A stretch of 64,000 nt of DNA. It comes from Eledone cirrhosa (taxonomy: Eukaryota). The translations under genes and the position numbers were made by a program. Of this stretch, positions 45,024 through 60,888 are shown in pieces. The notes under the pieces are model-generated. The model was not told where the DNA came from. It ran no database searches and worked only from the letters and a program-made list of their open reading frames with translations. Location of the stretch: positions 372,001 to 436,000 of the forward strand of contig OZ024765.1 of the NCBI GenBank assembly GCA_964016885.1, read 5' to 3'. Numbering within the stretch: position 1 is the stretch's first letter; every line of letters starts with the position of its first letter.

Positions 45024-46030
45024 GCACATGGGTTAGTTTAGGTCTCAAACCTAATAAACGTATATTAACTCAAATATACAGTGGAGTAATAAAATTGGAG
45101 ATATATTATTTATATTTAATAATACTTATTAATTAAAGTTAAAATTTATTTTAATACTAAGTATATTGTATATTAAGAACATAATATAAACATTATTGAA
45201 GCTTAAATTAATAGAAATGTATCCATCAGCAAAGTAATTTAAAATTATTAAGAACTATTAGCCGAGGGGCTTTTGTGTATACATGTACAGACAGATATAT
45301 ACTCTTACATGTGTATACATGTACAGGCCCATATTTATTCAGACAGGTGTATATATGTACAGGCACATATATACTCACACAGGTGTATATGTGCGTGTAT
45401 ACACACGTGTATATATTTAGAAGAAACGGTAAATTTTTAAACTCCAGAGTAACTCGACTCACTATTTAGCCTGTATTGAAATTTTTAGACTGTATGAAAT
45501 TGTCTTATGTATTTATATAATATTATATTATATTAGGTATGAATATTACATTATATTAACCATGTAGCAGGTACTAATCAAGTTATTTCAGGCAACCACA
45601 AAGACTCTATATTGTAGTATGTTAATACATTACCGTCCATAGTAAAGAAAACAGTTAGTAAAATCTGACACCAAGAAAAACGGCCGCAGGATGTGTCCAT
45701 ACATATACCACAACAACGATAAATACAAAATATACCAGGGAAAAGAAATTATTTAGCAATCAATTACAACCATTTTGAAGTTGGAGACCAGAAAAATAAT
45801 TGTTTTTAATTATCTATGTGATGTTTCTCGTGAAGTTGTCAGTGGCGTGTTGTAGACGTAACTGCTGAGTGATGAATGTCGTGGGAAAAGTCTTTTGACA
45901 TGGTGTTAATTATCTAGGGACACAAATATGACATGATATTATAATATTAAGAAATAATAATGAGATGAATATAAAGAACAACATCAACAACCACAATAAA
46001 AATAGCACTAAAAATATAATAATAAAGATA

Positions 46031-46585
46031 ATAATGGTTTCTAGTATAGGTACAAAGCCGATTAAATCGATCCCAGTGCTTTACAGGTACTTTATTTTAT
46101 CGACCCCGTAAGGATGAAAGGCAAAGTTAACCTCGGCGGGATTGGAACTGGGAACGTAAAGGGCCATAACTATATACCACCAAGCATGTTGTCCCCCTTC
46201 TACCCACACTGCCACCACCTGCATATGATAATTGTTTCTACTTTTGGCACAAGGCCAGCAATTATCCCAGTGTATTACTGGTACTTTATTTTATAGACTC
46301 CGTAAGGATGAAAGGCAAAGCTAACGTCAGCGGGATTTGAACTCAGACCATAAAGGGCCGTGACTCTATGCTGTAAAGCATGATATCCGACGCTCTACTG
46401 ATACTGCTCATCTATTGCCCTTATAATATTGTTTCTACTTTTTGGCACAAGGACAGCAATTTCCCCAGTGCATTACTGTTACTTTATTTTATCGACCCCA
46501 GTGGGATTTGAACTCGGAATGGCAGGGGCCGTAACTCTATGCTGTAAAGCATGGCGTCAGACCTTCTAACCAATACTGCCAAACC
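46031..46585 (-). mobile_element. three head-to-tail tRNA-derived SINE copies
   Basis: Approx. 46031-46221, 46229-46420, 46427-46585; each homologous to 13971-14155. Confidence 0.88.
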
Positions 46586-47087
46586 ATATAATAAACATAA
46601 TATGACAAGTAAATAGATTATTAACATATTTATACTAGGTAATCGCCTTGGGTGTAATATTTAATTAGAAAGCAAAACAAGATTCAAATTACCTTTACCT
46701 TGATATAAAATATAGCATCTGGTAAATAAGTTGATGGAGCCAGCCGTTGGCTGGAAATCACAAATCAGAAATACGCTCATTACTGAGAAGTTAATAAACT
46801 CTTTATTTATAATATTAACGGTGTTGGATGTCTTAGATTTTGAAGGACGCTTCGGGCAATTTATGTTTGTCATAATAATTGACAGGAAAAAGAAAATGAA
46901 AAATGAAGGCCAATCCCTACATTTTGATTTGCATACGGAAAGAAGAAAAAAATTAGTAACAGCAATAATAAAAATACTAATAATAACAATGAGAACAACA
47001 ACAACAGTGATATGACTAATAATAATTTCATCTGAACCCTAATCAAATTCTATAGTACAAGCAACCCCTTGAATTCCCTCTCACACT

Positions 47088-47138
<51 letters not shown>

Positions 47139-47227
47139 CGGAAGAAGTGTGGTAAGGAACAATTTTATTAAATGTTCCTTTATATATATATACACAGACA
47201 CATATATATATATATATATATATACAA

Positions 47228-47303
<76 letters not shown>

Positions 47304-47305
<2 letters not shown>

Positions 47306-47492
47306 CAAAGGAAATGTGGTAAGGAACCAGATGGACCATAACGCACCAAAATACTCAATGTTTAGGATAGTAGAGTGGGTAATAGGAACGAGTAGGACCC
47401 CGACGGCTGAGCTCAAGCCGTTTCGACGGCTAATTCTGGACTGTATTAGCCGTCGAAACGGCTTCAGCTCAGCCGTCGGGGTCCTACTCGTT

Positions 47493-47497
<5 letters not shown>
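47304..47497 (-). mobile_element. family B element with 116-bp palindrome (47382-47497)
   Basis: Arms mirror around TGGACT (47437-47442); flanked by (TA)n. Confidence 0.85.
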
Positions 47498-47546
<49 letters not shown>

Positions 47547-47962
47547 TTAATTTTCTTTATCCTTTCATTTTTATTATTCCTTTCCTTTCCTTTCTTTTCC
47601 ATTCTAAGATGTCTTTCTTCTTTCGAAATAAAAGGATAAGATAAATATGAGACTGAAGTGAAAAGGAAGTTGTGTTGAAGAGTGAGAAATCGCGAGGTTA
47701 TCGTACGCACAGTTCTCGCGTTATTTATAGAGACAAGGAAATATAAATGTGTTAGGAGATGTTTATCACTCAATTTAAAAGAACTTTGTTTGCTATTCTG
47801 AACAGACTAATGGCCATTAAAAAGCTTGAAGGTCAATTCTGTTATCAGAAATTTTGGTAAAAATTAAAGAAATAACTCACATACACACACATATAACTAC
47901 ACACACATACACACATACATACACCCCCCCCCACGCATATATATATATATATATATAAACAC

Positions 47963-47999
<37 letters not shown>

Positions 48000-48004
48000 A
48001 TATA

Positions 48005-48061
<57 letters not shown>

Positions 48062-48127
48062 TATATGGTTATATATATATAAATACACACACATATATAT
48101 ATGTTTATATATATTTACATTAAATAA

Positions 48128-48186
<59 letters not shown>

Positions 48187-48317
48187 TAAACACACACATA
48201 CACACGCATATATATATAATTGTAACAATAATAACAGTATCAACGACAAAGATAAATAATCAAAAATAATATATAAAAATAAATAATTAAATAAAATGTA
48301 CAACTACTACTACCACC

Positions 48318-48402
<85 letters not shown>

Positions 48403-48553
48403 TTTTTGTGACTTCAATCGTTTTCTTTCCAGTTTTTTTTATACTAGAACAGGAAATAGTAGTGACCTTGTAACTAATAAATGTCCCTTAGAGAATGGCT
48501 TTGTCTTAAACATACATACACATATATATAGATATATATATATAAGATATATG

Positions 48554-48607
<54 letters not shown>

Positions 48608-48612
48608 TATAT

Positions 48613-48667
<55 letters not shown>

Positions 48668-49112
48668 TAGATATAGCGACATATATATACGGAGATAGAG
48701 ACGTATACATACAAATATATACACATATACATACACATATATACAAATATATACACATATACATAGACAAATATATACAAATATATACACATATATATAT
48801 ATATATATACATACAGATACATACAAATATATACACATATACACACACATATATGTATATATGAATATATACATATATACATATACGTAATAAGACATAC
48901 AGACATACATAAATATGATCTCATACACACACATATATATATAATCATCCATACACACACACACATCTACTCATACATACATATATATATATATAATCAC
49001 ATACACACTCACAGACATAAACACATAAATATAATAATAATAATCTATACAAACACACACACACACTCATATATATATGTGTATATGTATATATATGTGT
49101 ATATATATAACG

Positions 49113-49158
<46 letters not shown>

Positions 49159-49169
49159 ATATATATATG

Positions 49170-49300
<131 letters not shown>

Positions 49301-49728
49301 GGTAAGGGATATGAACACCAAATAACCTCGTATATACACATATTCCATTTTCACTAGTGTTTATTAAAATTTTTAAAATAAATATATACATACGCAAACG
49401 AAATATATATATATATATATATATATAGATAATGACACATATATATATATAAACATGTATATATAGGTATGCGTATATATATATATATATATATGTATAA
49501 TATATAGATGGACTGACGGATAGGAGACAATTTCATCCATTTATAATATAAACAGGTGATTGAGAATTTATTAATAGACTGCGGCTATCTCCAATCTATA
49601 GACGAAAAATAATTAAAGTCTTCCGACTTCGACGTGCTTCAAGAAACTCTGTGTGTGTGTGTGTATGTGTGTGTGTGTGGGGGCGGGGGGGGGGGTGTAC
49701 GTGTGTGGTAGAGTTTGGTTTGGGAAAA

Positions 49729-49928
49729 NNNNNNNNNNNNNNNNNNNNNNNNNNNNNNNNNNNNNNNNNNNNNNNNNNNNNNNNNNNNNNNNNNNNNNNN
49801 NNNNNNNNNNNNNNNNNNNNNNNNNNNNNNNNNNNNNNNNNNNNNNNNNNNNNNNNNNNNNNNNNNNNNNNNNNNNNNNNNNNNNNNNNNNNNNNNNNNN
49901 NNNNNNNNNNNNNNNNNNNNNNNNNNNN
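49729..49928. other. assembly gap (200 N)
   Basis: Run of n. Confidence 1.
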
Positions 49929-50055
49929 CTGATATAATATATTACATTAGGCTTTTTGTTGTGTTCTTGTTTCGAAAATTTGAAGACGACACAGATAAAG
50001 CGGAAAGCTATCGAAGGCTAGGCCAATAGTTGGATATAATAACATTACAACGTTG

Positions 50056-50102
<47 letters not shown>

Positions 50103-50371
50103 ATATATATATTTATATGTACACTTATATATATATATATACAAACACACATATATACACACATATGTATATATACATATATATATATACATACACATAC
50201 ACACACATGTATATATATATATATATATATGATGTGTGTGTGTGTATGTGTGTGTATGTGTATGTGTGTGTGTGTGTGCGTGTATAACAAGGGAATTAGA
50301 AAATAAAAGCAAAAAGTTGAATGTTAAGTCAAATAGATCTACGCACATATATATCTATATATATATACATA

Positions 50372-50479
<108 letters not shown>

Positions 50480-50565
50480 CATATATATATATATACTCAT
50501 ATACAGTCCTGACACGTACATTTGTAAGTACATATACACCAAATATATAATTACATATACGAATA

Positions 50566-50606
<41 letters not shown>

Positions 50607-50718
50607 TTAAATATATATATATGTATATATATACGTATATATATACATAAATTATTCCTCTGTAAAGACAAGAGTACACAGATTTTTATATACATACACA
50701 CATATACATATATATGTA

Positions 50719-50846
<128 letters not shown>

Positions 50847-51239
50847 AACCAAAAATATAGCAGACATTAGTCCAATATACAATTTTTTTAACAGAAATTA
50901 GGCATAAAAAATAAACTACATCAATAACTATTATTGAATATACTGTCAAATTTCTTTTCACTTTTAAATAATATAAAGCAAGAAGAATTTCTTGAATTTC
51001 TTAATATTATATATGTCGTATGATTTTTTATTTGTGGTGGGTTTGTGTGTAAGATTTTTACTGGTCTAATTTATCTCAATTCAGTCTGAACAACTATAGA
51101 TGTCACAATATGAAGGCGTGTTTAGGAATTTGAAATGCCACGGATGATGAATAGATAAATATATCGGCTTAAGTGTGACGTATAATTTTAATGTGTTATT
51201 GTGCATTAGATAGTATATATAATAAAATAATATATATGC

Positions 51240-51277
<38 letters not shown>

Positions 51278-51327
51278 ATTTGTATATATGGTATATATAT
51301 ATACATATATATATATATACACACATA

Positions 51328-51413
<86 letters not shown>

Positions 51414-51573
51414 TATATATATATAGTGTATAAGTGTGTATTTTATTCAGAGTTACCACGAACTCTTTACAAAATATATAAATATATATATATATATATA
51501 GATATATAGATATATATACATATGTAATAAAATGCGATTTGTGCCAATTATACTTATGTATACATGTACATCC

Positions 51574-51604
<31 letters not shown>

Positions 51605-51915
51605 GGGTACATATACATATACATATATATGATACATATACATATACATATATACATTTGTACATACATATATACATTTGTACATACATATATACATACA
51701 TATGTACATACATATACATATGTACAACATACATATATGTATATACATATATACTTAGATATACATATATACCTACATAAATATACATACATAAATACAT
51801 ACATACATATATATGTGATGTATATATGCATAGTTTATACAAATGAATCGGTACTTATATTTATATATATACATATCTATACACACACAAATATATTCCC
51901 ATTCTCTCTCTTCCC

Positions 51916-51947
<32 letters not shown>

Positions 51948-52584
51948 TCTCTCTCTCACTCTCCCCCTCTCTCTATATATACATATATATATATATACAC
52001 ACCTATGTGTGCTTGTTTATATATTATAACTACACTATAAACTCTTTAACAACTATCAACGCCATTTACAAGAAGTACATATACAAATCAACAAACACTA
52101 TTAAAACCATATCTGTCTCAGCAATTAATTAATTAAAAATATATCTAATTTGTCATTATATTCTTTCCAGATCTGTCGGCCACCTTTGGTCTGTCATGTG
52201 CTTTTTTATCCCGTCTTTATGTTAGTGTTTATAGGCAATGGAATTTAAATTAAACGTATTAAAATAACATCTAGATAAGAATGGTGACGGAGAAGAAAGT
52301 CAAGAACGCTGCTTCCTTTTCGCGTGTTTGTTTAATTAGTCATTTATGGTGAGAACTAGACAAAGTATAATGATAAATAGCATTAGCGAAATTAGAAAAA
52401 TGTCTTCTCCGTCAGCCATTTTCTTTGAATGGAAAGAGACTATCGTTAAAACAATGCTAAATAATAGCCGTGATGGATGGATTTTACACCTACACATTTA
52501 CAACAATTTAAGGTGGCGAATTGGCAAAATCTTTGAACGTTGTATAAGAATGCGTTTGTTTGTATATTTGTTTCGGTTCTCTAA

Positions 52585-52800
52585 TCTTTGAGTTCGAATC
52601 ACACCCTGGTCGATCTGCCTTGCATGCATTTGTGGTCGATAAAATAAATACCACTCCCTTACTGGAGCCGATTCTTCCTCTATTTCTCTGTCTCTTTGTC
52701 TCTTTCTCATTTTCTCTCTCCCTCTCTACTTTCGTCGCTTCTGCCTTTCATCAATTCGAGGACGATAAAAAAGTACCAGTCTCTTACTAGAGGTGATTCC
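52585..52800 (+). mobile_element. decayed tRNA-derived SINE fragments
   Basis: GAGTTCGAATC B box, GGTCGATAAAATAAATACCA, and a second core remnant GACGATAAAAAAGTACCAG. Confidence 0.6.
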
Positions 52801-53341
52801 TCCTATGTGTCTCTTTCACTCCATCTCACTCTCACTATTTTCGATTCTGCCTTTCTCTATTTCTCTCCCACACACCCATTCTCACTAACCCCTCTCTCTC
52901 ATACTCCTCTATCCCGCTTCCCTCTATCCTATATATCTCTCCCCCTATCATTCCACATATCTTTATTTCTCTCACACACACTCCCTAAACCCCCTCCCTT
53001 TCTCACATACTCCTTTATCCCTCCCTTCCCCTCCCTATAACTTCTATCTCTCTCCCTCCATCATTCCACATATCTCTATTGCTCTCACACACTCTCCCAT
53101 TCTCACACAACCCTCTAAACCATCGATTCTCAACTTTAATCCCTGATAAACTCCCGTTGAGAAGATATGAAGATGTAAATAGGAGCTGACTCTAGATATA
53201 TTTACAAATTGCGGAGTGAATATTAATGTGGTCATAATCTAGTGTTAAGTAAATTTATATGACATGTTAATGGTTAACGTAATTTAGGCAGGGGAAGGTT
53301 GGAATACAGCACCCCAGACGAAACCTTAAGCAATTTATATA

Positions 53342-53408
<67 letters not shown>

Positions 53409-53635
53409 GTATATATATATACATGTATATTTAGATATACGTATATGTATATATTATAAAGACGTATGTGTATATATATATATGAAATATATATATATAT
53501 ATATATATATGTGTGTATATATATATTTATATATATATATATATATTTATACCCATATATATATATGTATACACACATATATATATTTATACACACATAT
53601 ATATGGGGGTATGAACGTGTGTGTGTGTGTGTAAG

Positions 53636-53685
<50 letters not shown>

Positions 53686-54344
53686 TATATGCATGGATAT
53701 ATGCATTTATCCATGTGCGTATGTATGTGATGTGTGTAGATTATGTATGTGTGTGTAGATGTAAATAATTACCACATCTCCTGTGTCGATATCAGTTGTA
53801 TCTCCTTCCAAGATCTCTGACGTAATTCATCAAACTACCACACATCAAATTAGAATTAATATTTAACCTACAGTTCACACATCATATTCATTATTAGCAC
53901 AACCCTCTGAGCTTTCTTGACATTATTCAATCTCATCTTAATAAAGTCAACTTACATACGCTTAGTGTGTCTTTGATATCTAAACAATGCATGTGCAGGA
54001 CAATTAGAATCCTACAAATACCTCTCGCTAGTTAGAATATTACCAAAGTCAATCTATAGTTATTTAATCAGTTCTGTTATGTTTATGTTAGGTATTATTT
54101 CGGTTTCAATATATTCGACGGTCAACTGGGAGGTTTATATACTTAAAAAGTTCCTAGTTTGATCACTGACTAAGATACTCTCATTGTATGATCAAGTGAG
54201 GTTTGTATCTTCAACCTATCCCCTGGAGGGGATCTAATAATCCAATCAATGCAGTTATTAATAACAGTTGAAATTAATGATTGTAATATTTTACAGTTCT
54301 AGCATCATACCCTCATAGGATGAACTTGTCAACCTACCCACAAG

Positions 54345-54448
<104 letters not shown>

Positions 54449-54693
54449 GGTGAGAAAAACCACAGATGTGAGAAAAACCATAGATGTGAGAAAAACCACA
54501 GACCCTCCATCTCAACTCTACTTTTGAAAAGCAGAAGAACTGCGAAACCGGTAAAGGAACCAAATAAATATATATATTTTTTAATAAAAATAGAACTCCA
54601 GTTGCATTTTCGATTGCATCCTTTTTTCTTTATACTTTCACTCGTGTATGACACTTCGTGTAGGTTATTTTTCATTTTGTAAAAAAACCTCAC

Positions 54694-54700
<7 letters not shown>
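54449..54700 (+). mobile_element. family A mini-element with U3:A8 hammerhead (54521-54556)
   Basis: Homolog of 3479-3682; CTT-TTGAAAA-GCAG..CTGC-GAA-ACCGGT-A-AAG; 18-bp x3 repeat at the 5' end; (TA)n on both sides. Confidence 0.85.
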
Positions 54701-54723
<23 letters not shown>

Positions 54724-54724
<1 letters not shown>

Positions 54725-54810
54725 ACAAAGGAATTGTGGTAAAGAACCAGATGGAGTCCAGAAATAACCGTCGAAACGGCTTGAGCTCTGCCGTCAGGGT
54801 CATACTTTTT

Positions 54811-54812
<2 letters not shown>
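54724..54812. mobile_element. rearranged family B fragment
   Basis: Family B terminus joined to an inverted GTCCAGAAATAACCGTC-GAAACGGCTTGAGCTCTGCCGTC-AGGG segment. Confidence 0.7.
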
Positions 54813-54857
<45 letters not shown>

Positions 54858-55549
54858 GTTTATATGTATATATATGTTTATATATAATTATATAATATAG
54901 AAATGGCTTCTACTGGACTACGTACTGTGGTTACCCCCGATTAAACTCTTATATATATATATATAAGAGAGAAAACAAAATAGAAGGGTGTTCTATGTTA
55001 TTCCCGGTCTGTGACTAAAATAAAAACAAAGCATTTCGAAGGATGTTGTCTACATACACATAGAATATTAAAAGGAAAAATAAGAAGATAAAAGAAAATG
55101 CTAACTAACATATATCACAAATGCTAGATTTGTGGTAATATTCCAGATATAATGCTGAATAAATAACGAGATAGTATCGACGCCATTTTGTATCTATTCA
55201 GCTGTTATTTGAATCGTTAAGGATGTTAAGGCTTCCGTTTCGATTGTTAAGGAGGTAGCCATTTAAAAAAAAAAAAACTCTTTCATATATCATCTCTCAT
55301 TTGCGTTAATATTACGACTGGACTATTGTTGTTTAATAAACAGATATACACACACTTATACATACATACACATGCATATACACGTACAGACAGACACGAC
55401 ATATACAGACACACACATATATATATACAAATATACATATACACATATACATACATATATGCAGAACGCGTACATACATCGACGCACACACGCAAATACA
55501 CACACACACACACACACACGCACACATACACACACACACACACACACAC

Positions 55550-55586
<37 letters not shown>

Positions 55587-56151
55587 TTTGTATATATACA
55601 TACACACATACACACATGCAAAACACATACAGACACCGACACAAATATTTGTACAGACATACACACACACATATATATTTTTGTACACAAACACACACAT
55701 ATACACATACACAAATATTTGTACACACACAGACATACACACACACACACATATATATATATATAAATATTTGTACAGACACACACACACAAATATTTGC
55801 ACACACACAGACACACGCATCTATATATTTGTACACACACACAGACACACACATATATATATATATATCTATGTATATATATTATTTTTCTTATTTCTAT
55901 AAATAATTTCTCAAAAAGGTGTTGCCAGAGATGTAAACGTTATACAACACTATTATATAACGCCTCTCTCTAAATGACTTGTAGTAAAGTAGGTTTCGAA
56001 ACCTTCGGTACGAGACAATTTTGCTGGAAAACTATTTAATCATTCTTTGATTATGTACTTAACAAATATAGTCACTTTTCCTTTAACTTCAGTGGTAAAT
56101 AGGAACAGAAATCGATCGAGAGAGAGAGAGAGAGAATGAGAAAGACTGACC

Positions 56152-56192
<41 letters not shown>

Positions 56193-56439
56193 AGAGAGAG
56201 AGGGAGAGAGAGAGAGAGAGAGATTGAGAGGATACGTTTGTTTTCATGGGTAGACTAACAGACAGGCAAACAAATAGCCAGAGAGAGAGAGAAAGAGAAA
56301 GAGAGGGAGAGGGAGGAGAGATAAAGAGAGACAGAGTGACAAATAGAAAGACGGACAGCCAGGCAGGGGGACAGAGAAAGACAGGGAGAATGAGAGTGAG
56401 AGAGAGATAGACAAAGAGAGACAAAGAGAGAAGATAGAA

Positions 56440-57038
56440 AGACAGCTTGAGAGACAGACAGACATACATCTAGACAGACAGACAGACAGCTTGAGAGACA
56501 GACATCTAGACATCTAGACAGACAGACAGCTTGAGAGACAGACATCTAGACATCTAGACAGACAGACAGCTTGAGAGACAGACATCTAGACATCTAGACA
56601 GACAGACAGACAGCTTGAGAGACAGACATCTAGACAGACAGACAGATAGCTTGAGAGACAGACATCTAGACATCTAGACAGACAGACAGCTTGAGAGACA
56701 GACATCTAGACAGACAGACAGACAGATAGACAGCTTGAGAGACAGACATCTAGACATCTAGACAGACAGACAGACAGCTTGAGAGACAGACATCTAGACA
56801 TCTAGACAGACAGACAGCTTGAGAGACAGACATCTAGACAGACAGATAGCTTGAGAGACCGACATCTAGACAGACAGACAGACAGACATACAGCTTGAGA
56901 GACAGACATCTAGAGATCTAGACAGACAGACAGCTTGAGAGACAGACATCTAGACAGACAGATAGCTTGAGAGACCGACATCTAGACAGACAGACAGACA
57001 GACATACAGCTTGAGAGACAGACATCTAGACAGACATC

Positions 57039-57072
<34 letters not shown>

Positions 57073-57073
57073 G
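56440..57073. repeat. (GACA)n-derived minisatellite, ~30-45-bp units
   Basis: Recurrent CAGCTTGAGAGACAGACATCTAGA. Confidence 0.9.
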
Positions 57074-57188
57074 CAATGGTGTAGAATCGATGTAGGATTA
57101 AACATATCCCCAACAGCTTTAAGTGATTACATTATACACGGTAACTGGTTATCAGCAACCTTCATGTCTGCCTCTTTCTCATTCTCCC

Positions 57189-57900
57189 TCTCTCTCACAC
57201 TATCTCTTACTCTCCCCGTCTCTCTTACTCTCCATATCTCTTTCCCCGTCTCTCTCTATCTCCCCCTCTTTCTCACTCACCCTCTCTCTCTCCCTATCTC
57301 TCTCACTCTATCTCTTACTCTCCCCGTCTCTCTTACTCTCCATATCTCTTTCCCCGTCTCTCTCTATCTCCCCCTCTTTCTCACTCACCCTCTCTCTCTC
57401 CCTATCTCTCTCACACTATCTCTTACTCTCCCCGTCTCTCTTACTCTCCATATCTCTTTCCCCGTCTCTCTCTATCTTCCCCTCTTTCTCACTCACCCTC
57501 TCTCTCTCCCTATCTCTCTCACTCTATCTCTTACTCTCCCCGTCTCTCTTACTCTCCATGTCTCTTACCGCATCTCTCTCTCTCCCCCTCTCTCTCTCTG
57601 CTTTCCTCTCTCTCTCCCTATCTCTCTCACTCTATCTCTTACTCTCTCCGTCTCTCTTACTCTCCATGTCTCTTTCCCCGTCTCTCTCTCTCCCCCTCTC
57701 TCTCTCTACTTTCCTCTCTCTCTCCCTATCTCTCTCACTCTATCTCTTACTCTCCCCGTCTCTCTTACTCTCCATATCTCTTTCCCCGTCTCTCTCTATC
57801 TCCCCCTCTTTCTCACTCACCCTCTCTCTCTCCCTATCTCTCTCACTCTATCTCTTACTCTCTCCGTCTCTCTTACTCTCCATGTCTCTTTCCCTGTCTC
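57189..57900. repeat. ~108-bp CT-rich tandem repeat
   Basis: CTATCTCTTACTCTCCCCGTC recurs about every 108 bp; source of the S/L/P-rich ORFs. Confidence 0.85.
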
Positions 57901-59184
57901 TCTCTTCCTCTCTCTCTCTCTCAATTCTATACATCTCTATCCCTCTCTCACACTCCCTCTCTCTCTCTCACTGTGTCTGTCTGTATTCTCTCTGTCTATC
58001 TCTTTCCCTGTCGTTTTCCCTGACTGTCGCTATTTCTCTCTCTCTCTCACTCTCTCTCTCTCTCTTCTCTCTTCTCTGGCTCTATCTATCTATCTCTTCT
58101 CTCTCTATCTCTAACTCTTCCCCCCTCTCTCTCTGTTTCTATAATCTCTATTTCCTTCTCTTAAGTCGCTCTCTTTCTTTCTCTTCTCCTTTCCTTCTCT
58201 CTCAAAGTAGTTGTGTTCAATTCCGGTTCATGTATTTTTGCACCGGGAAACACAAGCGTAACCTGAACACCCCCATCACCCCACCCTACCATACTAGCAT
58301 CCTACCATACCACCACCACCACCACAACACTACCATATCGTACCACCACCACCCTACCATACCACCACCACCATCACCCCACTCTACCATACTAGCACCC
58401 TACCATACTACCACCACCAGCACCACGCTATCATATCATGCCACCAGCAGCACAGCAACACCACCACGCTACCATATCATACCACCACCACCACCACCAC
58501 CACCACCCTACCATATCACACCACCACCACAGCAACAACAACATCAACAACAACAGCCGCCACAGCACCAACAACTCCCGACTATGTTTTCGTAAATGAA
58601 TTAAAATTAGAAATATCTTCGAAAGGTTTGTTTTAACCCCATGAGTGATTTGCAGGTGTAAGAAGGTTTAGGGTTGATTTACCACTGGTTTCCATTATTG
58701 CTAAAGATTCGCTGAATTAAGTATTATACGGCTGCAACATATATATCTTACACGTCATCTACTCGTACACAGACTGGTGAGAAACTCTTTCTTGTCTTCT
58801 ATCTACGCTAATACGATCAGATCAGATCGATAGATCGAACCCAATCCAATAGAATACACAGCTGAGTGCTTTGTTTCTCATTCTTGTCAAAGGAACCCCC
58901 ACTCCATGGTTGCCCTTCACCGATTTCTGTTTGTTTTGCCGGAGTCACCACGCATGACTTAATACGGGTCGCTGAGGTTATTTAACACTCTCTATCTCTT
59001 TCCCCATATAAACATACATACACATATATCTATATATATATCTATATATATCTATCTATATATATATATATATATTTATTTATTTAGGTTTGTTGGTTCA
59101 CCACTGGATAGAACTGGTCATTCCGTATGGTCAATCTCGATGTAATATTATGGAGAGTTCTCAACCTAATGCAACTCACCCGTC

Positions 59185-59538
59185 TGTGAGTACCGAGTTG
59201 ATTGTTATAAGATAACAGGAGGCTGGACTGGTGTAAATCCTTGAAAGATTTATTATACTATGATCATTTCAATGACCGAGTTCAGTATGAATCCGGTGAC
59301 ATCATCAGGTATTCAAAATATAACAAAGGAATATAAAAGATGAAATCCATGGGGCTGAAGTATGAGACAAGAGTACGACCGACTATTTAGCAGCTTCTAC
59401 CTCAGTCTGTCGCCCTGATGATGTTACCGGACTCATACTGAACCCGTTCATTGAAATGATCATAGTATAATAAACCTTTCAAGGATTTACACCAGTCCAG
59501 CCTCCTGTTATTCTATAATAATGAACTCCATACTCACA
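59185..59538. mobile_element. inverted pair of ~125-bp HHR-bearing arms with ~100-bp spacer (family F)
   Basis: 59185-59309 mirrors 59414-59538. Confidence 0.85.
59255..59312 (-). ncRNA. type I hammerhead motif (imperfect stem II base)
   Basis: Minus strand: ATAC-CTGATGA-TGTCACCGGATTCA(TAC)TGAACTCGGTCATT-GAA-ATGATCAT-A-GTAT; palindromic stem III. Confidence 0.65.
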
Positions 59539-59614
59539 CCACTAACTACACACAATTGAATCGGTTATTTTACTATATATATATATATATATATAGTAAA
59601 ATAATCGATTCAAT

Positions 59615-59671
<57 letters not shown>

Positions 59672-59706
59672 GTATTTATATATATATGTATATATATATG
59701 TATATG

Positions 59707-59788
<82 letters not shown>

Positions 59789-59859
59789 TGTATATGTATA
59801 TATATATATATGTATATATATATATACATATACATATATATATATACATATATACATAC

Positions 59860-60036
<177 letters not shown>

Positions 60037-60103
60037 CATATACATATATATATATACATATATATACATATATATATATACATACATATATATATAAATA
60101 TAC

Positions 60104-60280
<177 letters not shown>

Positions 60281-60665
60281 TATATAAGTCTAAAAGTGTA
60301 ACATATATTTCACACACACACATCGTTTTCTTATAGCGGCTAAATTCCCTAGTAGGCGTTTAACATTAATAAAATAATACTAGAATTGTCATCGCCGAAA
60401 CCAACGTAGGCCCATCCAAACTCTATTGTAGTGCTTATAAGAATCTATCTAATAAAAATTTCTCCATAGGAAAGTCGAAAATTAGATTTTATAGAGAAAA
60501 TATATTTTATATTTTACCAGAATTTGGCAAGATAAATTCTGAGACGAAAAAAAAATATATATATATATTTCTTCGCATCAATTTCAGTCTGACAATCTTT
60601 CAAAGACAGATTCTGGCACCTATATTAAAGTCACTAAACTAAAGATGCTAAGACACTATGTTTTA

Positions 60666-60730
<65 letters not shown>

Positions 60731-60832
60731 TGTGTGTGTGTGTGTGTCTCGGTTTGAATCTTACTCTCGCTACAGAATCTGTGTCTCTTATTTCTTCTCT
60801 ATCTAAAGGAATTTTATATATATAAATGTGAG

Positions 60833-60888
<56 letters not shown>

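Noticed and set aside
49970-50016. HHR-like TTGAAGA..GAAAGCTA after the gap
   Set aside because: Stem II is only 2 bp and stem I is out of register
57011-58595. 367-aa and 490-aa ORFs
   Set aside because: Arise from a 108-bp CT-rich tandem repeat and (CAC)n tracts; open in several frames
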